NCBI GenBank assembly: GCA_963693365.1
Contig: CAVNZM010000002.1
Span: 11,402,328 to 11,466,327, forward strand
Origin: Amoebidium appalachense
Taxonomy: Eukaryota > Protista > Ichthyosporea
Length of the DNA stretch: 64,000 nucleotides
Reading direction: 5' to 3'
The notes beneath the pieces were generated by a model. That model did not search any database. It was given only the letters and a program-made list of their open reading frames with translations, and had not been told where the DNA came from. Shown one piece after another: positions 18,606-31,322 of this stretch. The position numbers and the translations under genes were made by a program. The first letter of the stretch is position 1; every line of letters begins with the position of its first letter.

Positions 18606-19617
18606 CCCCGCCGGCCCCCCCGCCCTCGCCCCCTCTTCCCCTCCCCCCCCCCCCCCCCCCAACCCCCGGCGGCCTCCACCACCACCACCGCCGCCACCTA
18701 CCCATCCACCCATCCACCCATCCACCCATCCACCCATCCATGCCCACACACCGATATGCACACAGACGGGGCCACACACACGCTTGTACAAGATGCTAAC
18801 ATGCAAAAAATTGCAAACATAAAATGAAAAACCTCAAGAATGGACCGTGTTCTTTGCTGCCTGTCACGTTTTTATGAGTGTTTGCTGATGTGCTGTTATG
18901 TGTGCACAGAGGCCTTGGGACTCTCACGGTCAAGGGGGGGGGGGGGGGGGGGGGGGGGGTCAGCTCGTAACCATTCGTTATGATTCATTCACGTTGCATG
19001 CACACAGTCCCAGTTCACGTACTGCATGCACACAGCCCTTTGCCCACACCGTGCATGCACACAGCCCTTTGCTCACACTGTGCATGCACACAGCCCTTTG
19101 CTCACACCGTGCATGCACACAGCCCTTTGCTCACACCGTGCATGCACACAGCCCTTTGCTCACACCGTGCATGCACACAGCCCTTTGCTCACACCGTGCA
19201 TGCACACAGCCCTTTGCTCACACTGTGCATGCACACAGCCCTTTGCTCACACCGTGCATGCACACAGCCCTTTGCTAACACCGTGCATGCACACAGTCCC
19301 TTACTCGCACCGTGCATGCACACGGTCCCTTAATCGCACTTTGCCTGCACACAGTCCCTTACTCGCACTTCGCATGCACACAGTCCCTTACTCGCACTTC
19401 GCGTGCACACAGTCCCTTACTGGAACTTTGCATGCACACAGTGCTTTACTCACACTGTGCACAGAATGCTTTACTTACACTATGCAAACAGTCGCTGCTG
19501 GACGAGCCCAACCCCAACAGCCCGGCCAATGCCACGGCCGCACAGCTGTATAGCGAGAACCGCCGAGAGTACGAGAAGAAGGTCCGCGCCATTGTTGAGC
19601 ACTCGTGGACAGAGTAG
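14042..19617 (+). CDS. RAD6: Ubiquitin-conjugating enzyme E2, RAD6/UBE2A/B orthologue, 151 aa, 6 exons
   Basis: Exons 14042-14085, 14249-14329, 17022-17047, 17912-18001, 18450-18538 and 19492-19617 give [21 protein letters not shown]...[47 protein letters not shown]...VEHSWTE*. All GT-AG. AATAAA at 20095-20100. Confidence 0.98.
18995..19491 (+). repeat. 29-bp minisatellite (~17 units) in RAD6 intron 5
   Basis: Unit GCATGCACACAGCCCTTTGCTCACACCGT repeated head-to-tail, degenerating toward both ends and running into the 3' splice site. Confidence 0.95.
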
Positions 19618-19721
19618 CCTAGTGCCCACAAACACGTGTTTTGTAGATATACGCAGCCGTGGTGCAGCAGCATGATTTCGGGATGTACCAAGTATAGTTG
19701 TTTGGGAATATGCCATGCAGG

Positions 19722-19935
19722 ATTGTGTGGGATATGCCGTGATGACTATAAGTGTACCGGAGTATGACTGTGTGGGATACACCGTTTATGACTATAAGTG
19801 TACCGGAGTATGACTGTGTGGGATACACCGTTTATGATTGTGCGGGACAATACTGTTTGTGATTGGCGGAATATGTTGCATGTGATTGGCAGGATATGCG
19901 AAATTTCATTGTGTGGGATATGCTATTTATGGTTG
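19722..19935 (+). repeat. Degenerate ~23/46-bp tandem repeat in the RAD6 3' UTR
   Basis: TGTGTGGGATACACCGTTTATGACTATAAGTGTACCGGAGTATGAC occurs ~2.5 times, followed by decaying half-units. Confidence 0.8.
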
Positions 19936-20549
19936 TCCGGGATATGCCGCAGGCATGTTCATGCCTGCATGGCATGGCATGGCTGTGCCGGTGCCAGGGT
20001 GTAAGGCTGACACGGCACGCTGGTGTAACTGCCCAGAGAAATTGCGATGTTGTGTGATTGACGTTTCACCATGCCTAAACCTCTCTTGTACCTCAATAAA
20101 ATGTCGAACATATGATTGATGAATTGCACTAAGGACACGGAATTTTGTGTTGGGGTGTTTTACCAAGCCGTACGTACTGAACAGGCGCAGGTGGAAAGGC
20201 CTAGCCTAAGGTGAAGTTGATTGGATAAAGGGTGGCAAAAAAAGTGTGTGTGTGCGCGCGTTTGTTTATGAATGTGTGTGTGAGCAAGCAGAGGAAGAAG
20301 CCCTGTAATATTTGGATGGGGGGATCTCGAGACGGGGAACGGCCAAAGGGAGGGGGCAAGAGGGAAAGGCGCCAGCTGCAGGGTATATGGTGGGGTGCAA
20401 GGATGGGAGGGGGAGGGATTGGTGGATAAGACAGGAAGCTGAGCAAGAAAAGGTAGCCAGCAGCGTGAGTGAGGGCAGTGGGATCCGGAGTGGGCCGAAT
20501 TTTAAAGCGTTGGGTGCTATGATCGTGACCTGTATGCCTGCGTGCATGC

Positions 20550-20596
<47 letters not shown>

Positions 20597-20603
20597 CGTG
20601 TAC

Positions 20604-20639
<36 letters not shown>

Positions 20640-20908
20640 GCGCGCGCCGGGAGAGGGGGTGGGGGGGGGGTATTGGGGGGTTGTATATGCAGACCGTAGC
20701 TCCTTGAGATCACTGCCTGGAAAAAAAAAAATCCGTATGTTTGTGTGTGTGCGTGCGTGCATGTGTGCATGCATGCGTGCGTGCGTGCGTGTGTGTATGC
20801 GTGTGTGCGGGTGCGCGAGCATGCGCGTGTGGGCACGTGCGTGCAATGCGATGCGCACGCGCTTGTGGGGACGAGGAGGGGCAAAAGGGGAGGGGGGGGG
20901 AGGGGAGG

Positions 20909-20940
<32 letters not shown>

Positions 20941-21823
20941 AGGTCAGGGGTCATTGGGCACCAAGATCCCGGCCCGTGCACGGTGGAACAAAATCTAGCG
21001 CATAATGAATGACAATGTGACACACCACCACATCCACGGTAAACCGTTAAGAGGGACGTCACAACTAGAACATCCATCAGTGCAACTTTAATAAGAAACT
21101 TGGTCGGTAAAAATAGCGTCCAAGTAGTTACAAGTTTTGAGCTGTATAATATGTACATATGTTGACAGTCACCCATATTGCATCGTACCCTTGATAGATA
21201 TACATAAGGTATCAACTGAAAAAAATACATGTGGTATACGTTACATGCCTTACACACGAAGTTTGTTTGGGCGGGCAAATCTCGTCAAAGGCGCTTTACC
21301 GTGAAACCACTGTAAACCGGGAGTCTCCATTGCCTTGTAATTGAAGGTGTACTAATCATGGCATAGCTTTCATGTTCACCCAAATCATTCTCAACTGCAC
21401 ATTGTACTGGAATGTCACATATATACCACTTACTAATCCTCAGTACAGCACCTCCGAGCGGACTTTGCTAACTTATGATCACCACTGTGATTTATAAGAT
21501 CTTTGCATCATCCCCCCCCCCCCCCCCCCCCCCCCTCCCCCCCCTCCTCCCCTCCCCCTCTCCTTCTCCCCGTTTTAAACCTTTACCTTCCAAAAGAACA
21601 ATATCCCCCCCTCACCCACGTGCACCCATTCCCCCGAAACACCACCACTGTTCCCACCGTCACAGGCCCCGCATCAGTAAACATCAATCTCAAAAAATTG
21701 GCCACAGGCCCAGTAGTAAACCCCAAAAAAAAAAAAAAAAAAAAAAAAAAAAACGGAAAAAAAAAGGAAAAAAAAAAGTTGTTGCGGACATTCATTTCCG
21801 GGTTTTGATCACCATCTATCTCA

Positions 21824-23326
21824 TCAAGGCAGTGCAGGCATTTCAAGACGTCGACCAACGCCAGGCGTGATCGTCACAGCCACCGGGTCAAACACACCCC
21901 TGCACTGGGGGCACGAAACCCGGCCCGCGCCCACCATGTGCATGTAGCAATGCTGGTGCAGCACGTGACCACGCTGGCACACTTGCACCACCTGCCCCAC
22001 AGAGAACGCATCTGTGCACACGCACACGTCCTGCTTGATACGGCCAAGGTACACACTCACATCCTCCGTGAGGAAGAAGGCAGTGCCGTAGTCGTTTGCC
22101 TTCATCACGTCGTATATCTCCCTCAGCGATTTATCTTTGTAGTCAGTTTCGGTCTGATTGAGCCTGCAGGAAGAAAAAAATTGTGGGACTAATAATCCAA
22201 GCAGCTCGCCTTTGTTGTTACTCAGGCTGCAAGTCACACCTTAAAAGCTCCAACAGCCCGTACGAACTCAGTCATGTGCCCATTAATCAGGTCAAACCAT
22301 CATACATCATGAATCATCACTCACTTCGTGACATATGCAATCAATGCCATGTGTAGGATTAATAAACCAAATCCAAAGGCATGTATCAGTCACCCACTTG
22401 AAACACCAGACTTACATTTGCAGCAAGAACGACGGGTTTGTAGCGTTAAAAAGCTGCTGCGTGGCTGCCATCTTGATCCTCTGTGCGCGCCTTTTCTCGA
22501 GCATGTTCTTGATTCCCTTTGCCGTAAGCACGGCACCCACGGCGCCAAACCCGGCCACCAGCATGACCCCCAGCGGTGTCAGCGAAAAGGCCACTGCCGG
22601 GATAAGGTGTGCCAGGCCCACCACCACGCATGCGCCCAGTGCAGCCAGCCCAATGCCGGCAAGACATTTCACCACAAAGTTGGAGTTGCCGAGGGCCCTG
22701 AGGGCCCTCTCGATGGGCTCGTACCACGGGTGGCCTGGCGTGATGACTTCCTGGGCCTTGTAGATGGCCACCAGCTGCTTGAGAAACTGCTCCTCGGTGC
22801 TGCCGTTGTGTTTCTCAACAAACCGGAGCTTGGCGATGTGTGCGTAAAGAGCACGCCGCAGTATGTGCATGATCATGATTGCTGCTTTAACATCCTCGCG
22901 TGTTTCCGGATCCTCCTCATTCAGAGTCAACAAAACAACTTCCGCTTTTTCCATTACTGTGGCGCGTACCGCCTCGATGTTAGCTATGCCCGCATCTGCT
23001 TCACGGAGAGTTTCTATGGCGAATGTGCCATAGGCAGTGGCTCCCTGGCTGGTCCACACGTCTTTTTCTGAGCAACCCCCCTTCATGAGTGCGGTCATGC
23101 CAAGAGCATCGGCAAGACGAACCTTGGCCCGCCGGACTTCATTTGCCATACTCTGCACCTTGGCGTTGTCATGGTCCAGGCGCTTTTGCAGCTGCTCCAG
23201 TGAGAGGTTCGTCAGAGAAAGGACGAGGTCGCCTGCAGAGACTGCCAACTCGCCAGGGGGGTGCTGTGGAACTCGAACAGGGCGGGGAGCAGAGGCAGCC
23301 GCTGGATTCGCTTGGGTGTTGCCCAT
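21824..23326 (-). CDS. ~416-aa protein: possible N-myristoylation, helical region, Gly/Ala-rich double hydrophobic segment, C-terminal RING-H2-like finger; 2 exons
   Basis: Exon 23326-22416 (MGNTQANP...NPSFLLQ AT|GTAAGT) joins in phase 2 to 22163-21824 (TGCAG|G CTC AAT). Hydrophobic stretch VVKCLAGIGLAALGACVVVGLAHLIPAVAFSLTPLGVMLVAGFGAVGAVLTA. Finger VCVC-x12-CQRGHVLHQHC-x11-CPQCR. Confidence 0.85.
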
Positions 23327-24406
23327 TCTTGGGACGCGTCGAATCTTGTTGTCTGTTGTGCGAGGAGGGAAAAAAAAAAGAAGAAGGCTTGGCCCATTTG
23401 AATTGCATTGGTCGCACTGGCGCAAAGAATGGCTATAATGAAGTGCGCTTGTTGTGGCCTATTATAGTACAGTGGTAGCACGGCCCTTGTGGGTGTGAGA
23501 AAACTCAAGTCCGCGTTTAAGATTGTGATCACATGAAGTCAACATCACGCCACGAACACGAAGTGCACGTTTGTGTGTACACGCGGGGTTTACGCTGCTT
23601 ACTCGAGGCAAAGAGAGACCAGTCTCAGGTATGGGTACATATGTGCTGTGACTGTGCGCAAACTATTGCTACTGTACGTGTTCGTGCATTGCTTGTACAT
23701 TTTCATATATATTGGGTATTCAGTGCTGCACTGGCGCAGGTCAACCTGCTGGCCCTGTGGGCACGGCAGCGTATCACGGCGCCGGCAGTGATAAGGTTGG
23801 CAATGTTCACGTGCATGCATGACGTCAGCAACCTGCAAAAATATTATGCGCCCAAGATTTCAATATAGAAGAGCTAGTTTTATACATCTGGGAATGCAAA
23901 ATTCCTTGACAGCGATAATGGGGCGTATAATATGTGCATTTTTCTTTTGAATGGAAAAAAGAAGTGCAGCTCATGGTCGCTCTTGTACAAAATGAACAGC
24001 TCAAAATGAACACGAACACGAACGTGGCTCACGATGAGGAACACAGCCAAATCCAATCTACCTAAGGGAAACCTATTGGATAAAAGCATGGCATTCGACG
24101 ATTTTAGTTGGTTTAAAAGCAGCTGTAAGCATCTGATTCGTTACATGTCGTTAACAAATCTTGCCACAAAATCCCCTATACAAGAGTGCCACGTGGAGCT
24201 CTTGGTGCAAAATTGCGCATCAACTCTTCAAGTTTACCTGCCCTGTGCAGCTGTGGCCAGCACAGACCGGTCTGAGTGATATTCTCTCATGGAAGTGTGC
24301 AGGATACCCAACAACAAGATATTTGTTCTCGCTCTCTTTCGTACGCGTGGTGAGTCTAGCGTGGCATTATGTCGCATGCGTTTCTTTCTTTCTTTTTTTT
24401 TTTTTT

Positions 24407-24442
<36 letters not shown>

Positions 24443-24460
24443 GAGGGGCCGGTGGGGAGA

Positions 24461-24495
<35 letters not shown>

Positions 24496-24587
24496 GAGAG
24501 AGAGAGAGAGGGGGGGGGGGGGGGAGGAGGGGGAGGGATAATAGTACGTATATACAGTGGATGCGTGTGTGTGCGTGTGTGTTCAAT

Positions 24588-24620
<33 letters not shown>

Positions 24621-25083
24621 CGGGGCCCCGGGGGGGGGGAGGGGGAAGGGGGGGGAGGGGGAGGGGGGAGGTGGTCGGGGGAGGGGGACTGGGAGTGAGT
24701 ACACGTCTACATATATATGTCTGCAGTACACACGTGATTTCTTAAGTTTATGCCATGTTGGATTTGGTGGTGCCAAAGTTTGTGTGTGTGTGTGTGTTGT
24801 GTGTCTGCGTGTGTGCGTGCGTGCGTGCGTACGTTTGCGTGCGTGTGCGCGTGCTAGCTCTCTGTGGCGGCTGTGCGTATGCATGAGTGTCTACCGCGGT
24901 GACGGTCGACATGTGCCACGGTGCGGGCCCCGGAGCCTAGGGCGGAGGGACCAACGTTACCGTGGGGACTCTTGCAAGCTCATGAATTGTTGATCTTTTG
25001 AACCCCGGTCCCGTTTGCCCCCCGGGCCGTTGAAATCACGTTCCCCGTGAGAATACTGATGCCTGCTACTATAGCTAATATAC

Positions 25084-25121
<38 letters not shown>

Positions 25122-25940
25122 CCCCGGCCCACACACACACGCACACGCACACAAAAACACGCGTACACATTAACGGCTTTCACGCAGAGAAGATTGATCT
25201 GGTGAGCTGGGATCCGGATAACAGTATCGCTGCACAGCTCACTGTGCACATGTACGTACACACACACACACGCACACATGTTGTGTGTGTGTTCACGTTT
25301 GTGTGTGTGTGCACGCACACCCGCACTTTGTGCGTTCCGCAATGGCACACATGTGAGCATGTGTGGGCAAACACAAGTATTTGTGCCGTCTTGAACTGAC
25401 TGTGTTTGCATGTGTGTGGACGTGCAGTGCAGCACTTGTGGGCGGCATATATCCGTATCAATAATGGCCTGCCTGTGCATGCCAGCTAGAGTTTGAGCGG
25501 ACACACGTGATAATGCTGGTGTCATGCCGTACTGTCATCGAGAGGGACGGGTGTATAGTGTTTGTATGTGGTGTGGATGGATGATTCGTGTGTGTGCTGT
25601 CACAATGATGCCTGTGACGTGCACGCATGTGCACATGTGCTCCTGGTTCCGCTCTGTTTTTGTTGTTGTGGTGGTGATGGTGGTGGGTTCTGTTGTTGTG
25701 GCGTAGTCTAAGCGCCCAGCTGTTAACTTGTGATTGGTTCTCCCGTACGCGTGCACATCTCCTTGCACATTAACACATGTGCGAGCTTCACACGACTATT
25801 GTTTTTATTTCTTGTTACTTGCAGGGGAGATCTCTTGGTGTGTTGTGCATTCATGCCTGCCCTCATACGAAGGTGGATGGTGGAGATACCACTGCATGTG
25901 TGCATCTGCAATCCATTCCGCCTTTCGGAGGCAATGCCAT

Positions 25941-26422
25941 TCAGTTGTCCAGCTTGGCCCTGTGTGTGTGTGTTTGTGTGTGTGTTGGGGGAGGGGGAGG
26001 GGGGGGGGGGGGGGGGGGATGGAGGAAGGAGGGAGGGAGTGAGTGGTGAGAAGTGAGCGAGTTTGTTGCATAAGGTGCAAGGGGGACGACAAGAAAATAC
26101 ATGGCACCAAGGGATATCGATGCATGAAAAGGTGTATATGCAGTATGTTCATGTCCTCACGTACACGTGTGTGTGCCCACACGCGTGTGTGCATACGTGC
26201 ATGCGCATGCGCATGTGTGTGTGCTGGCTGACATCACACTACCCCTGGGACGGTGGGTTTCACACAAGTGGAATGAATATGTGCGTGGCGTTTGCACAAG
26301 TGTGTGTATCCGTTTTGGGTTGGGATTGAGAAGCAGAAGAGAAGGTTAGCAAACACTTCGATCAGAGCCAACGCCATGTGAACTCTCTCTATGGGCAACC
26401 CTCCCAGTATCCATTGATCGGT

Positions 26423-26458
<36 letters not shown>

Positions 26459-26820
26459 ACCGCCCTAAAACAAACATAAACATAAACAAAACAAACAAAC
26501 AAAAACTACACTAACAGCCATCCAATCCTCCTTTTCACTCAAACAACTGCATCAAATTCTCACCACTATCCCCCTTACTCCCCCCCCCCCCCCCCACACA
26601 CACACACACACAACATTAAAAAAAAAACAATAGAGAAAACACAAAGAAACACATGGTCTCAAAGTGAAAACGTACTTCTTAGCCCCGGTCTGGTTGGCCA
26701 CACCGGCAATGCGGGCCTTAACATCCTCCGGATCACCCAGATAGAACCCACTCAGGGGGGAGAAGCTGTTGTCCTGCTTGATGGGCTTGAGGTCCTCATC
26801 TAGCTCGTACACGAGGGGCA

Positions 26821-26865
<45 letters not shown>

Positions 26866-26927
26866 TAAGTGCCAGTGTATGTTTTTGACACCTAAACCGC
26901 AAGGGAGAGGAAGGTGGTGGTGGTGGT

Positions 26928-26991
<64 letters not shown>

Positions 26992-27803
26992 GGGGGGGGG
27001 GGGGGGAAGCGAGAGAGAAAGAGAGCGAGAGAGTGTGTGTGTCTGCTCTGACGGGTGCGTGAGGATTTGTACGGCTAATGCGAGTGCATAAGGGTATTGG
27101 CGCCGGCGGTGTGTGTGTGTGTGTGTCTGTGTGTATGTGGATGCACAGGAGGGGGGGGGGGGGGGGGGGGGGGTGTACAACGTTCCCACGACTTTAGGTC
27201 AGATGCATCAATAAAGCCAGAGCCCATTCCGGTATGAAGGTAACTTTTGGGCCCAAAATCAAACAGTGAGGCCTATAGGCCAGAACCAACAGATTGCCCG
27301 TGCATGCGTGTTATGCGTGCCGTGGTTGGCAGGCTAGGACGAGAAAAACCCAAAACCAACGGAGAGCCAGTAAGATGCCAAGAAGCCATCAAGCCCCCCC
27401 CCCCCCCCCCCCCCCCCCCCGTTGCAAGGATGGGTGATTGGCCTACTTATTCCTCTTATCGATGGTGAAGGACCACAAGGGTAGTTAACAGTACAGTATG
27501 CATCTGTGAAAGATCAACCCACAACAGCAGTTCGTTGACACAAATTGACACAAATTGCAAAAAAATCGTAATATGTGCATCAATATGTATGGGCCCCCAG
27601 TTAATGTCATAATGTTATAGCTGAGCCCCCCCCCCCCCCCCCCCCCCTCCCGCTCCCGGGAACCACCACCAAAAGAAAAAACTCACCCCAGGAGAGGGGG
27701 GGAGGGGGTAAAATGTGTTGTAGAGTGAGGTACATATTCACAATGGACAACACAATGCAGAGCGCAGAAACAAGACATACAGGGAGTGTATCATAAAGCA
27801 GAG

Positions 27804-27867
<64 letters not shown>

Positions 27868-28655
27868 TTTTGTGGGGGGGGGGGGGGGGGGGAGGGGGAG
27901 GGGGGGGGGGATTATACCTGTGGGGATGTTGAGGTTGAGGATGTCCTCCTCGCTGATGTTGTCAAGGTACTTGACCAGCCCACGCAGACTGTTGCCGTGA
28001 GCTGCAATCATCACACGCTTGCCTGCCTTGATCGCCGGCGCAATGTCGCTCTCCCAGAAGGGAAGCACCTGTGTGTACGTGTACGTGTGTGTGTGTATGT
28101 TTGTGTGTGTGTGGAATATGATGGTGTAGGTGCTGCAGATGTGACACTGAGGCAGGATTGAGGAGAACGGGTGGGTGTGCCTTTGCAAGGGTGGCGGGAA
28201 CGTGCAAAAGGTTGGGATAGAAGAGAGAAGAGAGAAAAAGAGAGAGAAAAGGGGGGGGGGGGGGGGGGGGGGGAGAGAGAGAGAGATGGAGAGAGCGGGG
28301 ATGGGGGGGAGGGGGAAGAGAGAGCGGGGGAAAGAGAGGGAGGGCGGGGAGGAGGAGGAGGAGGGGGAGGGGGAGGGGGAGGGGGAGGATGGAGAGGCAA
28401 AGAGATCGAGAGAGAGGGAGAGGGGGGAAGTGTGTGTGTGTGTGTGCGTGCAAGGTCAGTGATATTCGTGTCAATAACCATTAGAACCTGTTGCTTAAGA
28501 TACTGTTCTGTAACGACTGCGGGTGAGTATTCCAATATAGCCATATGTAGAAGTTAAGCATTGCCCAAAATGCCAGTTGCAGATTCGATACTTTCGTATA
28601 CAGACAGCATGGGTGTGGAGTAGCCAGGAACCTTGGGAAAGCGGGGGTAAGGAAG

Positions 28656-28686
<31 letters not shown>

Positions 28687-28694
28687 AGAGGGGG

Positions 28695-28765
<71 letters not shown>

Positions 28766-30041
28766 TTTGGTGGGGGAGGGTGGGGGATTAACGCGCTATA
28801 GTACACGTATACAACGGACAACACGATGCCGAGTGCAAACCACACAAAGAGTATGCATATAAGCAGAACCCATCCACCAAGAGGGGGGAAGGGGGGGGGG
28901 GGGGGGGGGGGAGGGAGGGAGGGACAGAGGGAGAGAAAGAGAGAGAGAGAGAGCAAGTGTGTGTGTGTGTGTTTGTGCATGTGAAAAAGTCCCCCGTGAG
29001 GGGGGGGGGGGGGGGGGGGGGGGGCTAAAGAAAGTGAAGTTGGATCCAGCATGTCGACTCGGGGGTCCAAGTTCTTGCGTGGTGCAGGAGGTGTGCTTGT
29101 GTGTGTGCTTGTCTGGAAGGAAGACAGGTAGTCGAGTGCATATGCATTGCAATGGTAGAGTTGGGCTGGTGGATTTGGGACACCGTGTGCGTGTTTGAGG
29201 GGAGGGTGGGTGGGTGGGGGGGGGGGGGGGGGGGGGGGGGGTTTGAATGCGTCAAAAAGTACGAAGTACACAAGAACAAACGGATAACACGATGCAGAAT
29301 GCAAGCCATACATAAAGAGTATGCATAATAAGCAGAGCCCATCCTCAGGGGGGCCCACGTCATCCACAGTACCCGAGTTTCGACCTATTCCCCTCGTTAA
29401 CGAAACCCAACTCAGATACTGTTTCACTTGAACATGAGTAGGTCACCCGTCTTGATCAGAGACGAGCAGGGTTGCTTATGCAGGCAAGGGCAGTGGGAAA
29501 GGCCGGGGGTTAAAGTTGCAGCAGTAAGCAGAAGCAAGAAAAATATAGATAGGAACTCAGGAGACGGGGCTTCTAGGAAGCTCCCCCGTCGATACCTAAG
29601 TCGATACTTCCCTGGCTAACATACTACACCAGCTGAAAAGAATTAAGTCCCGAAGGCCACAGAATTCGTAATCAGAGGGGAAAATATGAGATTTGACCCA
29701 CGCCGCAGGGTAGTAACACGCTTACTAGGGCGGAACTTTATCGTCTTCGAACGGAAAGCTATGCCCCCGGATGTCAGCCGGAAATATGGTATCACCCATT
29801 GCTTTGGGCTTGAAAAAAGCCAAACCGATAGTCCGAGTTATGTTACGCCGGCGGGTAACATGCCGCATGGGTTCCAAGGGAGCTGTCGCCAACAGAGCGG
29901 TGTGTGCATGCGTGCGCGTAACGCAATGTGTGAAGTGTGTCTATAGCTATGAAAGGGGGTATGCAGAAGTGGACAGATGAAGTGTGTGGAGAGAAAAACA
30001 GTAAGAAGAAAAGTAGACACCGGTATGTGCAACCCCGCACA

Positions 30042-30076
<35 letters not shown>

Positions 30077-30137
30077 AATAAGCGAAGATTACAGGTAATC
30101 AACCAGAACAACAAATGACAAGCAAAACAACAGGCGC

Positions 30138-30174
<37 letters not shown>

Positions 30175-30179
30175 AGGAA

Positions 30180-30226
<47 letters not shown>

Positions 30227-30958
30227 AGGGAGGGGGTCCTGCTGGCAATGCGTGTGAGTCGGTATGTGTGCGTGGGTTGGTCGGTGGGTGGGTGCACACA
30301 TAGGGTACAAGCACATGTGGGAAGCAGATGGGCAGGGGAAAGGGAATCAATACAGGTGTGTGCAACACATTGTACCCACTATGCCATGCGGGCAGCCGGA
30401 TGTCTGAAGACATGAAGGAAAGAGGGAGGGAGAGGGGGGGGGAAGGGGGCAGAAAGAGAGGGAGAAGGCAGGGAGAGAAGGAGAGAAAAGCGGAGCGGAG
30501 TGAAAATGGGGTTGGGGGGAGGGGGGGGGGGCAGTGGAGAACGGAAGGTTCAGAGGCAAAGGGAACGAATCGGGATGAATGTGTAGGCCGGTGTACAACG
30601 GTGACAATGTGTGTGTGTGTGTGTATGTAACGCGTGCACGGAGGAACTACCATCACAGATTCCCATAAAATACAGGACCCCCCCCCCCCCCCCCCCCCCC
30701 CCCACACACACACACTGACATACTCTGGCAATGGTGTCCTTGAGACACTCTGTGCGTGGCAGCTCATCCTTGGGCACGTTGGCATATTTGCGCTCCTTGC
30801 CGGGGAAGTACGGGTGGTCCTCATCGGCAGGTGGGGGGGGAACATCGAAACTGCGGCGCCAGATGAGCACCTGTGTGGATGGAAGGTTGAGGACAACAAG
30901 ACAACGAGCAACGAAGACAGAACATGTATGAGAGAGACAGAGACAGAGACAGACAGAC

Positions 30959-30997
<39 letters not shown>

Positions 30998-31250
30998 GTT
31001 TGTGTATGTGGGAATGTCTGTGGTCTGGTGATGGTGGTAGCCGTAGATAGAGAAGATTTCATCTTAGTAAGCAAGGACTTTGGAATCCGAGCAAGCCACC
31101 ATACATGAATCGCTCAGCAAGAGGACATGCAAATAGGGTGTATTTTGGAGGGTGAGCCGGGGGGAGGGGGGTAGGAGGAATTGCACCACACCGAGGCAGC
31201 ACGAGGCACCAGAGACACAGAAGTGAAGGGGAGTGAGGGTTGTACGTACC

Positions 31251-31282
<32 letters not shown>

Positions 31283-31287
31283 TGTGG

Positions 31288-31322
<35 letters not shown>

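Noticed and set aside
18995-19491. CRISPR-like array of 29-bp repeats
   Set aside because: Units are head-to-tail with no unique spacers, lie in a eukaryotic intron, and there are no cas genes.
20965-24935. Inverted similarity flanking the RING gene, suggesting a gene-carrying transposon
   Set aside because: Only a short, gapped GC-rich match with no TSD.
25941-25959. Cryptic peroxisomal PTS1 (AKL) on dPGM
   Set aside because: AKL is followed by DN before the stop, so it is not C-terminal.
29365-29425. Hammerhead ribozyme in the dispersed element (CTGA...GAAAC)
   Set aside because: Lacks the CUGANGA core and three-way junction; it folds as a simple long hairpin.
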